A DNA stretch of 49,111 bases, filler included, from Catajapyx aquilonaris (lineage: Eukaryota): the NCBI GenBank assembly GCA_000934665.2. It is 3 parts of 3 records of this genome, joined end to end, with 100 filler letters (N's around TTAATTAATTAA, not from the genome) between each part and the next. Parts side by side here need not be neighbours in the genome. Positions count along the whole stretch, not along the records: positions 32,747 to 49,111 come from KZ539660.1; 2 more parts are not named here. One strand, 5' to 3'. The first letter of the stretch is position 1. Each line of letters begins with the position of its first letter. Under the pieces are notes generated by a model. That model saw only the letters and a list, made by a program, of their open reading frames with translations. It made no database searches and had not been told where the DNA came from. Positions 35,694 through 46,449 of the stretch are shown here, piece by piece. The position numbers and the translations under genes are program-made.

Positions 35694-35966
35694 GCCGGCC
35701 TTGGTGGACTAGTGGTTAGCGCGCTCGCCTCTGGTCCCAAGGTTGTGGGTTCGAACCCGGCCGAGGTCGGTGACTTTTCTCCGGGTGGTAGAAAAGTGAG
35801 AGTGCGCCTTCCTTCGGAGGGGAAGTAAAGCCTTGTGCTCGTGACATTGCGCGAGTGCATGTTAAAGATCCCCAGAGTGGCCAAATTTCCAGGAGGACGA
35901 CCACCCCCTGGCGTCGGTGTTGAGCCTTAGAGGCAGAAATAGGTCGACGTTAAGCCCCACTGAACC
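35694..35966 (+). mobile_element. tRNA-derived SINE, family D (Deu/Nin-like core)
   Basis: A-box TGGACTAGTGG, B-box GGTTCGAACCC, core CTTCGGAGGGGAAGTAAAGCC...TGCATGTTAAAGATCCCCAG, 16-bp TSD CAGTCATAAGCACTAA (35678-35693 / 35967-35982). Confidence 0.9.
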
Positions 35967-36600
35967 CAGTCATAAGCACTAATGTACGAGGCTTCTTTTA
36001 ATCTCCAAGTGCTTTATGCTTCTGGCTTATGACAAATTAGGGAACCTGATTTTTGACAATGGATATAACATTATCTCAAATTTCCAACAATATAAGCTGA
36101 ATTTGATGCCAATTAAGCACATAATTTGAGAGAAAACAATTTTATTTTACTAACTTTTTTGAATACTTCAGAAGCAATCATCACAAAAATGGCTGCGATC
36201 TAGCAGCTATTGCATAGAGTGTTTACAATAAGTGTAATTAGAAACCTGTGGAAACTTTAAATATGAAAATTTTTCAAATTGGTGAAATTTCAAATGCAGA
36301 TTTTTTCAATAACGAAATAAATATGACAAAAGTAACCTTCACTTTTGCGCCTAACATTATTAGGAACAATTTCTGCTTAATAGTATGGTGGTTCACGACA
36401 AAAACAATCCTGCAACACACCCCTTTCTGTGATAAAAAGCTGTGATTTAAACACAGCTAGGATTTTAAGAAAGAAGACTTGTGCGAGACACTGATCAATA
36501 AAATCAGACCACTGATATTCCGGTAAAAGGTTCCACTCCTTATAGTGATTGTAATGAACACAAGTATTTTAATATCAATTATTAAAATAAATATGCTCAC

Positions 36601-39600
36601 ATTTGGTACAGCTCATGTAGCTTGCTGGTTAGAGTCAGTCCTTGCGTCATAAGATAGGCTGCCATTTCTGCGACTCTGACAGCAGCACTGACCCCGTCCT
36701 TGTCAAGGACACTGACCCCACACATGAAGCCAATTGCCTCTTCAAAGGCAAGAAGTACGGTCTTCCCAGCCTCTACCAGTTGACAAGCTTTATTTCCCAT
36801 CCATTTGAAGCCAGTTAAAGTTTCCGCAAACCTGAGACCCTCTTTTTGTGCAATGGCACGCAACATCTTGGAGGATACAGTACTGGCGATAAAGTAGGCT
36901 TCCTGTGGGTTGGCAGAAGGATTCTTGCTGCTCCAGCAATGGAACATCCACCATCCAAGGAGGCTGCCCATCTCGTTACCAGTGAAGACCTTCCAATCAC
37001 CGCTAGAATAATGCCATTAGATGTAGATTTACTTTGCAGCATTTTAAGTAAAGCCTTACACAACATAAAGGGGGAACCAACATAACTTTTCATTTGAGGC
37101 CCTATTTGAATTCTGGTTCTCATGTGCTTCCTCTTCTACGAACAATTCAGGCTTCAGTCCGGAAAGTCCTTCATCAGTGCAATGATGCCACTGGAAACTC
37201 CTCTACTAGGAAGGGGAGTACTACCATCCACATCTTTATGCTCGTGACTCTACATAGCCCGCCACATAGCATCACCGCACACAATTGGGTGTCAGTGGGT
37301 TGTTGGTATGGATAAGTACTTATTTAACAATTTAAAAATAAAAATAATAAAAGAAGAAAAAAAATCCTGAGCATGAAACTCTGTCTATTGCACGTGTGAT
37401 ATCAGGTCTTTTAAGCTGTCATGAGTGAATTATTTTCTTCTATGAGCCAAACTAGCATAGCCATCCCAAGACAAGTGATGCACTGACATTGAAAACATTT
37501 TCATCCCTTCCAGCAAAAAAATGCACCTGTACAAATACTACTCATCACTCGACTTACTTTTCTTGTTTCTCAGCAACAGCAAGTCTGTCTGCATCAGGAT
37601 CATTGGCAAGAATGATGGTACACCCATTTGCATCAGCTGTTCTAAAAGAAAGGTCAAGTGCACTCTTCCCCTCTTCTGGGTTTGGGAACCGAACAGTTGG
37701 GAAATCTGGGTTAGGGTCCTTCTGTTCTTCAACTGGAACAAATGGCTGCAAATAACAAAATGAGGTCAATAAAAATGCCTTGCAACAAAGAAAAAATGCA
37801 TTCATACCTTGAACCCTGTGACCTTAAATGCTTCCACCATGTACACATAGGAAACTCCATGCATTGGTGTGAAGGTGAAGCTGAGAGGAGTGGCAGAGTT
37901 GATCTCTGGGCACAGGACAGATTCCTTAAGGGCATCATAGTATGTGATCATCACATCAGGCAATGGGTCATGAACCAATGGGCTATCATGAATCTGGCTA
38001 AGATCCCATGCTTTTGGCCATGGCTCTAGATTCTTTAAGATAAATGCCTGAATTTTTTTGTCGTGAGGAGAAATAATCTGCAAAAGTAGGACATTCGAAA
38101 AATTAGGATATATAAAATGCAAATTGTAAGCCTGCATCCAGACACTAGTGGCACAGTATTATCACAGACACATTCACCTACATTTCTTAAGAGTACAATA
38201 CAACTACATCATTCAACATCTCCCATTTAAGAGATACTGGTAATAATATTCTTGGTTGTGCATTAATGTTAATATTGTGGTCCTCCAGCTAGGAAAATGG
38301 CCTGTTGAAATCATGAACTAGAAAACATGATTTTTGTGCCGTGGGTGTTTTAGTAAAGGCAAAAACGACCAAGTACACTGGTGTCGTACCCGGAGTCTTA
38401 CTCGGACGGGATTTGATCACCTATTGCACATGGTGTTACAGACCGAAGGCTGGAATGTTCGCAGGCCCTTGAGCTGGCTTTTGCTTACTTGAAGCTGGCG
38501 GAAAGGCTGTGAGGTCCCAAAACTTTGACGCCACAGTACGCATTAACTACGCAACAGCGCTAAAAACTAATTGCACATCCCTATATTAGTTTTACAAGTG
38601 GCTAAAGAAAGGGAGCGACTTAGCAGCCAAGGTCAGAATGTAGTCTTTATAGTTACAAAAAAATATAAGACTTTTTTCACCAGCAATAAATTTGTTTTCT
38701 CATTGAATACTGTCCTGTACTATTGTATTTTCTTATTTGTTACCTTAGTTAAATATTGTAAATAAGGTACAATAGATGCTGTATGTAAAAGATAAGCACT
38801 TCACTACTTCTTAGAAAACCATAATACAGCACTTCTTGAATTTACATACTTTTTGTTGTGTTTCATTCAAATTTTTTCTGCTCCTCTTATTATCTGACTT
38901 TTTATGTGTTCCGGCCATGTCCCAGTCCCATGTGCGATGTAGTTGGGGTTCTACTGTACTAGAACCAAGATGTGCTCCACTGACCTCCTTGGTGCCTACC
39001 AAGGTTGACCTGAAGCTACTATCAGCCACTACAAAATCAATCATATCCTTCTGACCCATCACCCGTGTCTCCCAGCGCTGGCAAATCCTTTTATTACGAC
39101 TCTGATGAATGAGGATCTTCTCATGATAAAACACTGTTTGACACTAATAAACCCTGCTCTATTCATAACTTTAAGTAAACTCATACCATTCCATTAACTT
39201 GAACATTACCATGGCAAGCCAATACATTCTCTAACCCAAGTGAAGATAAATCCACACCACAAATTAAAATACAATAATAACCCTTTCATTTACGTGTACA
39301 CTATGAAACCCATCAGACTCTCAACAATTTAAAATGCTGAATTATAACTGACCTGAGCCCCATTTCCCCAGTAAACCTTGTAGCCATTATCATCCTTAGG
39401 GTTGTGTGAAGCTGTCACCATAATTCCTGCACAGCATCCAAATCGCAACACACCATACGGCACAAATGGTGTGGGGCACATCTTGGAATAGAACCACACA
39501 GGAATCCCCAACTGGATGAAGGCGCAGGCAGCTAGCTCAGCAAACCTTCGGGAGTTGTGCCTCCCATCATAGCCAATGACCACCCCCTTCTTTCTGGCAG

Positions 39601-42600
39601 CAGTGGAATCAGCTTCCAGGAGATACTTGGCAAATCCTTGGCTAGTCTGAATAATTACCAGGTCATTCATTTGGCTGTAGCCAGCTCCCATACGACCCCG
39701 CAGGCCGGCAGTACCAAATTGCATCCGGCCTAGAAGCAGCTTCTCCAGCTGTGCACATTTGCCCGAGCTGACTTGGCCAATTATCTCAGCACGGGTCTCC
39801 TCATTCTGCAAAGAAGTGGGAGATTTAATGAGACCTGCACCTGTGTGAGATAGACCATGATGACACAGTTGCATCACAATTAGCGTACCGCAAAAGTGCA
39901 CAACTACCACTGGGGGTGTGGGGATGAGGCCTAATAGTCACCTGAAAGTTATCTAGCACGCCATATTCTGAGTCAATTAGTTGCTCATTGCAGGCTATGC
40001 TACATGCATGCCATTGTTGTTGCCTACAGTCATGGCAATTGTAGTCACATGCTGATGTGGTCATTCCAGTTTCCTGTGTGACCAGGTTCTTAAAATGATT
40101 CTCCACAATGTAATAAGTAATGATTCAGCACCGAAGCAGGTTGGCATAGTGGATAAGGCGTCCGACTGCTAATCGGGAGGTCCTGGGTTCGAATCCCGGG
40201 GCCGGCAACTCTGACCGTGGTTTTCTGTGGTTTCCCACGGTCCTTCCAGGGAAATTCCGGAGTTGTTTCCGTAATTAATAGGCCACAGCCGCTTCCTTCC
40301 GTCCCTATCCTATCCCAATGAGCACAGTAAAATGAAAGCAAAGAGTTCCAGCCAAAACAAACTTCCCCCCTAAAGAGCCGATGGCTGATAACGGGGTATG
40401 AATTATTATTATTATATTATAAGTAATGATTCAGCACAGGATATCTCATATGCAACTGATTGGTGGCCTTAATTGAGTACCATAATGTAAAAATGAGAAG
40501 TGATTTTTACCTTGTTTCTAACTTTGATGAAATGAAGCTTTATCATTTACCTTGCCTTAAAGTACAAAGAAACCCCTTTCCCCAATTCTGGTTCATTCAA
40601 AGACCCTTCCACTGGGGAAGGTAGGGGAGAGTTCAGTAATATGGAATTGGTGATGTAGTGATAAGGTTACAGTCATCCAAGGTTTGATCCCGATGTTGGA
40701 CAGAGGATTTCTCATGTGGCAAGAGTAGTTGTAGTGGGTTCTCTTGTGTTCACAGGAATTTTCTTGGGGTTCTCTCATTACACCCACAATAAAAATCTAT
40801 TATCAGCGTAGTCATGATCAGAGTCATTCACATACAAGATGATCCCTAAAACATCTCATTAGGCCTATCATGGGGTATCCTACAGTGTATCATTATTTTG
40901 TATTATAGTCATCATCCAATGTGGGTGCTCATATTTACAGAATTCAAAGTATCAGTACCACAATAAAAATGAAGTATAGGAACAACTTGCAACATAGTCA
41001 GAAATATTTTTTGATTTGCTTCTTTGTGCAATTCTCAGATATCAGGCACATTCACATAACCAGTAGATTATTTCTTTACTAGGGTCAACAAAGTGATAAC
41101 CTTAACAAGGCAGATGATTACATTATATGGAAAGTATTAATGATAGTAACTGGAATCAAGTTTACTATGCATGTTATCAGAACAAGGTATTTATGGCCTT
41201 TCATATGGTAACACCGGCTGGTATCTTTTTGTGCCCAAAATAAAATGCAAAATATGCATGAGATATCCCTCTATACAGGGTGTAAATGAATTCAACCAAC
41301 AAACTTATAAGGGTAATAGAGGGGACCAAGACAAACATATTTCATATAGTAACCCGTGTCCGGAAACGTGTCTGAGCAACCAGTTCCTTGTCTATGAACC
41401 ACCTTTAGATGGAGTTTCCAGACATGGGTTCCTATATGAAATATGTTTGTCTTGGTCCCCTGTATTACCCCTACAAGTTTGCCAGTTGAATTCATTTACT
41501 CCCTGTATACTGACTACATATTCTTCTGATAGTAGCCTAAGGTTAAATGTAAGAGTTCATTTTTAGGTCACACAATCCGTCTATTAAGCTAGGTCATAAT
41601 ATGCATGGTGGTGCCTAAGATGCTCACTTCCACCATGATTCAGGATTCTTGCAGACTTCTAAGATGAATGATCCTAGCTGACTTTAGCCACTTCAGCTTA
41701 ATTACGGAGATAACAGCTTGTTATGTTCTGAAATGCCATACGCCCTGGTGATAGGGTTCACCCTGCACAGCAGGTGATCCATGGTGTGCCCCTTTGGCAC
41801 CATCCTGTATATTGATTTATGAACATTTTAAACAACTCATACATTATAACGGTGTTCAAACTCATTGGTGTGTGTGGGTGCAGGTGCTGTATCCTAACAT
41901 TAAATAATGCATGTCATCTCGGCTGCAGTATGGTCATAAAACTTTCCCTGGATTTAATAGTGACAGGGAAAGAAGAAAACCCATTGGAGTTGCCTGTTAA
42001 CACCAACATAACTTTCACTATCTAAGGCTCTGGTCTCACTTGAAACAATTACTCTGCAATTTGGGTCCTGCACATGGGCGTAACCAGGATTTAGGTGGGG
42101 GGGGGGGGGGGGGGNNNNNNNNNNNNNNNNNNNNNNNNNNNNNNNNNNNNNNNNNNNNNNNNNNNNNNNNNNNNNNNNNNNNNNNNNNNNNNNNNNNNNN
42201 NNNNNNNNNNNNNNNNNNNNNNNNNNNNNNNNNNNNNNNNNNNNNNNNNNNNNNNNNNNNNNNNNNNNNNNNNNNNNNNNNNNNNGGGGGGGGGGGGGGG
42301 GGGGGCAGCTGCCCACCCCCCTGGCTATGCCCACGGTCCTGCAACAACATCTCCAGTGTGACCAATAGTCTCCGCCTTCACACAATTACTTGCACTGCCT
42401 GCTGATCTTGCCACTAAAAAGCTCCAAGTGTGGGTGGCCACATTTGTCTAAGAAGCATCCAAACATTCATTGTTGCCTCCATAATTACTGGTTGATACCT
42501 CATCATTTCTCACCCCACATTTTATGCTTGTTTTGAGCCAAGTTGATTATGCTGGAGGCCTGATGTCCTACTACAGTGAAACCTGCCTACAGTGCAGAAA

Positions 42601-42736
42601 CTTGTGCATTGGGGATAAATCTTCTGGTCCTAGCAGCATGGTAGGATTTCTATTGTCCTTTTGTCCAATAAAGTGATGCTTACCTAATGTGGAAACAAAC
42701 ATCATTTTCAGATCCCTCAACCTTGCGCAGAGAGGA

Positions 42737-42823
<87 letters not shown>

Positions 42824-43603
42824 CCGGGGTAAGGGAGGCGTGGTAGTCTAGTGGTTACGCCACTGGCTAGCCAAGCGGGAGGCCGGGGTTCAAATCCCGT
42901 CCCCGTCACCTCTGCTTGGCCGGGTCTTTTTCCGCTTTTCACCCGACACGCTGGGGCAGCATTGCACTCCCTTAGCTGCCCGGGGCCAGAGACAAGGTCT
43001 GGTGTATCTGAGAGAGTCGTGAGTGATTATAAACCGAGGATGCCCCCCATTGGGAACCTTCCCCTCCCCCCAAAACGAGCCGAATGGCTCGAGCACGAGG
43101 TAATAATAATAATAATCCGGGGTAGTGCTTGACCTCATCTGAGGTATGCAGCACGGACCTTTATTTATTATGTTAAGTCCATTGGAGCCTTTATACGTAA
43201 CGCCCAGGCCCACGGGCAGGATGACAGGAGGGGATGTGCAAGGTGCAGTGCAATGTCTTCATGTGGCCATTTTTAGTGATCTCCCCCGGGTGGTTTAGTC
43301 TGTGGAAATACCACCCGAGACGAAGCCAGAGGTGACCCTGAACTCTGCACGAGATGAATGGGGTGTCCCCGGGTTGGGATCGAACCCGGGACCTTAACAT
43401 CAGTGGGCGCATACGTTACCGCAGCACACCTCCGCCTCCCCTAATAATAACAATAATAATAATTATAATTATTATTATAATTATTATAATACAACAACAA
43501 CAACAACAACATCACGACATTTCCCTATGAGGGGTAGTCAGCGATGAAGGGAGACGCAAGCTAACCCAACATATGAACTAATAAAACTCATAAGAATAAA
43601 CCT

Positions 43604-43661
<58 letters not shown>

Positions 43662-46449
43662 GATACCCCATGATAGGCCTCCTTGGGTGTCTTATGGGAT
43701 CATCTTTTCGTGAACCATCTTTATTCATTGCCTGCGCTGTGATGGATTTTGATTGCGGGAGGAAACGGGAGAACCCCGAGAAAACCCACACGAACACGGA
43801 GAGAACCCCATCGAAACTCTATCCACATAAGTATCCTCTGTCCCATCCGGGGATTGAACTCGGGACCTTAGAGGTGGAAGGCTGCGGCACTAACCACTCC
43901 GCCATCGTGTCGCCCACACAGAGAGGAATTAAGGCTGCATTATGGCTGTGCCACAAATTCAGCAACGTGCTGCATTCATATTTGTGAATCTGTGCCCTAC
44001 AAAACGCCCCTGACATGTTTGAAATCAGTTAGTTCACTTCCGCCCCCTAGTATGCACATTGAGATCACTTGGAACCTAAAAGTACTATGATCAGACCCTA
44101 AATGCCAAGTTTAGCATTGGAATAAAGTAAATTTGTCTATTGCAGAAATTTTTGCAGAATGGAATATTCTACATATCAAAACATTGTCACATTAACCTTT
44201 TAAGGATGCACCCTTTCATGCTACATAATTCCTTTGAGGTGGGGCAGGAAAAAATGTGCTGGCATGTTGTTAGTGAGGAGCTCAAAGTCTGCATATGAGG
44301 AAGCTAGGTCACACCGATAAATAATTTGCTAGCTATGGACTCAAAAGTCATTGCGTAGCAATGAGCAAAATGATGTAATAATCATCTTCAGCATTTTAAA
44401 AAAAAATCCTCCTCTTACAAAATCCTTTAAACTGATACCAAGAGCATGACTGGTGTTGCCTCTGACTAACAAGGGAAGTGTCTGTAGGGGTATCAGCCAA
44501 TCAGCCCGAAAATGACACTTCAGGTAAATCGCAGGCCAGAAATTCGTTGGTGAAAATAAAAAGGGCCAATAGCCAAGCGTTTTCGAGAAATGAGCGACGA
44601 TAGGTGTCAACTCGCAATAACTGCTCAATGAAACCGCAACCTTAAATGAACGCGTGTACAGGTAAACAAATAGTTACGAAGGGACACAAATAATTTATTA
44701 TTTACTGAGCTTGTGACTATTCATTTTTCCAAATATGAAACCATGGAAAGAGTAGGTAAGCATCAGCAGAAGAAAAAAAAGTAATGCACTTCCCAGCAAG
44801 CTGTTTTATTCCTGTTGATTGCACAGGGGAAGATATGTGGTGATAAACTGTGTTGGGAAAAAAAGAAAAAAAAAAAAGAGAACGATGCTCCGAGACGAGA
44901 GAGGGGGAAAAAACGTCGCTTCCGGTGGACTTGAACGTGGAGACTTTGGAACATGACGCGGACGCTCTACCGACTGTGGGCAGGTTTGCTGTGCACCTAT
45001 CGTCGCTCACATCTCGAAAACGCTTAGCTATTGGCACTTTTTATTTTCACCAATGAATTTCTGGCCTGCGATTTACCCGAAGTGTCATTTTCGGGCCGAT
45101 TGGCCGATACCCCTACAGATACTTCCCTTGTAAGTGTGTGTCGCATGACTGGGAAAACTCCAGGAACTCCACCCCGAGGTTATGAAGCAATCCCCTATTG
45201 ACAGTCCCTTGTAAGTTTGACTTCATCAGCAAAGCATGTGTGTGGGCCAGGTGAGATACCAGTCAATAAAGTGGCACTCAGACCTCCTAGTGCACAGCTA
45301 CTTAATAATAAATTACTTTTAAAACTAAACATAATTCTGTGGAGTTAATTTTTGGGTAGGAATTGTTGACAAGGTATGAAGCCCTGCATGTTGGAATTGG
45401 AAGGTTGAGGTCAACATTTAGTGTTTTGATAAGTTTTCTTTTCCTAAGGACAAATATCTGAATTTGGCAAAAGGACAAGGCACAAAATGTATGGGCGAGT
45501 GGCCTTCTGTTCGATTTGCCTGAAAATTGGATATGTTGTAGCCCAGACCGTCCTGATCAATGTTAGATAGGGACATTTCGAGGTAGGACCTACAGGGAGC
45601 GTGCTATTGACCTCCGAAGGTCATATGGGATATAATCTGGTTTTCCATTCGATTTGCCTGAAAATTGGATATGTTTCAGCCCAGACGATCCTGATCAATG
45701 TTGAATAGGGACATTTCGAAGTAGTACCTACAGGGAGCATGCTAATCGCTATTCATCGAAGAGGCTAGAAGACTGCTGTGAGAGAAACCTCGCTTCCTTA
45801 CATTGACCCAATGAATGTTGAAGTGCAGCTGGAGGAAACTCCAGATGACAACCTTCAAGGAGTAGAATTTGAACCAGATGAATTCAGTAATAAAGATTAA
45901 TAGATAATTTAATGCAATAACCATTGAGTTCCTGGAGACAAGATTATTGTAGTCTACTAGGCTACTCCCTATTACCTTCGGAGGTCATTAGCAGGCTCCC
46001 TTAGGTCCCACCTCAAAATGTCCCTATCTAACATTGATCAGGACGGTCTGGGCTACAACATATCCAATTTTCAGGCAAATCGAATGGAAGGCCACTCGCC
46101 CATACATTTTGTGCCTTGCAGATTGTTTTTCACTTTTTGTAGACAGAAAATTTCAATTTCTTTCTCCTGGGATAAAATAAAAAAGCCACACAGAAGCCAA
46201 GAAGTTATTCAGGAGAAACCGCTATTATAACTACGCCTTCCAGGACAGTGTACATTCTACCTTTCCAGACCTAGTTAAGTGGAAGTGGTTAAAAAAAAAA
46301 AAAACGGGGCAAAAGTGAAGTTTCCCTGGAAGACAATCATGAGTGAGAATAATAATTACCTTGTCCCATTTGAGCCACTCATGAACCTTGCTTCGAAGTT
46401 CTTCATTACCCAAGTCTTCATCGATTGCCAAAACCACGGTCTCAACCAT
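36601..46449 (-). CDS. PGM2: Phosphoglucomutase-2/phosphopentomutase (PGM2/PGM2L1 family), 3'-incomplete; exons 46449-46360, 39805-39353, 38077-37808, 37745-37558, 37002-36601
   Basis: Phases are compatible (0,0,0,2,2). Motifs [14 protein letters not shown], catalytic TASHNP, TPMHGV, metal loop [25 protein letters not shown]-terminal exons were not found before the linker. Confidence 0.95.
40132..40418 (+). mobile_element. tRNA-derived SINE, family E
   Basis: A-box TGGCATAGTGG, B-box GGTTCGAATCC, (ATT)n tail, 19-bp TSD ATAAGTAATGATTCAGCAC (40113-40131 / 40419-40437). Confidence 0.92.
40645..40882 (+). mobile_element. Old diverged copy of SINE family A
   Basis: Shares GGACAGAGGAT..T.ATGTGG, GGGGTTCTC and the 3' AAGATGATCCC...AGGCCTATCATGGGGTATCC with the minus-strand copy at 43661-43918. 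Confidence 0.75.
41276..41505. mobile_element. Tc1/mariner-type MITE
   Basis: TA|CAGGGTGTAAATGAATTCAAC... ~90-bp TIRs ...GTTGAATTCATTTACTCCCTG|TA. Confidence 0.9.
42073..42335. mobile_element. hAT-type MITE spanning a poly-G assembly gap
   Basis: TIRs CATGGGCGTAACCAGG / CCTGGCTATGCCCACG; 8-bp TSD GTCCTGCA (42065-42072 / 42336-42343). Confidence 0.85.
42739..42823. repeat. (TAA)n microsatellite, part of a SINE tail; another lies at ~43606-43660
   Basis: Uninterrupted TAA run. Confidence 0.95.
42832..43100 (+). mobile_element. tRNA-derived SINE, family C, nested in the 3' end of the family B copy
   Basis: A-box TAGTCTAGTGG, B-box GGTTCAAATCC; TSD includes AATAATCCGGGGTA (42818-42831 / 43111-43124). 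Confidence 0.88.
43116..43441 (-). mobile_element. SINE family B, second copy
   Basis: The reverse complement aligns along the full length with 35107-35433. Confidence 0.92.
43661..43918 (-). mobile_element. tRNA-derived SINE, family A (V-domain-like core), outermost element of the nest
   Basis: A-box TGGCGGAGTGG, B-box-like GAGTTCAATCC, core GTGTGGGTTTTCTCGGGGTTCTCCCGTTTCCTCCC, (TTA)n tail. A 14-bp TSD CAGAGAGGAATTAA lies at 42728-42741 and 43919-43932. Confidence 0.88.
44470..45130. mobile_element. MITE with ~135-bp TIRs and TAA TSD
   Basis: TAA|CAAGGGAAGTGTCTGTAGGGGTATC...GAGCGACGATAGGTG is mirrored at ~44994-45130|TAA. Confidence 0.9.
45476..46118. mobile_element. Foldback-like DNA element with ~150-bp TIRs and a duplicated subterminal unit
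   Basis: CAAGGCACAAAATGTATGGGCGAGTGGCCTTC...GACCTCCGAAGG is mirrored at ~45974-46118. The ~100-bp unit TTCGATTTGCCTGAAAATTGGATATG...CAGGGAGC.TGCTA is repeated at ~45648-45745. Confidence 0.88.

Noticed and set aside
35694..35770. tRNA-like sequences here and at ~35107, ~40132, ~42833 and ~43850-43918
   Set aside because: Each continues into a SINE body with TSDs and lacks a complete cloverleaf, so they are SINE heads, not tRNA genes.
38495..38520. GGAAAGGCTGTGAG resembling RNase P RNA CR-I
   Set aside because: No CR-V complement was found, and the GC-rich island ends ~50 nt later.
42571..43797. Poly-Leu ORFs and the near-duplicate ORFs 43191-43412 / 34893-35153
   Set aside because: They derive from (TAA)n tails and SINE/MITE sequence.
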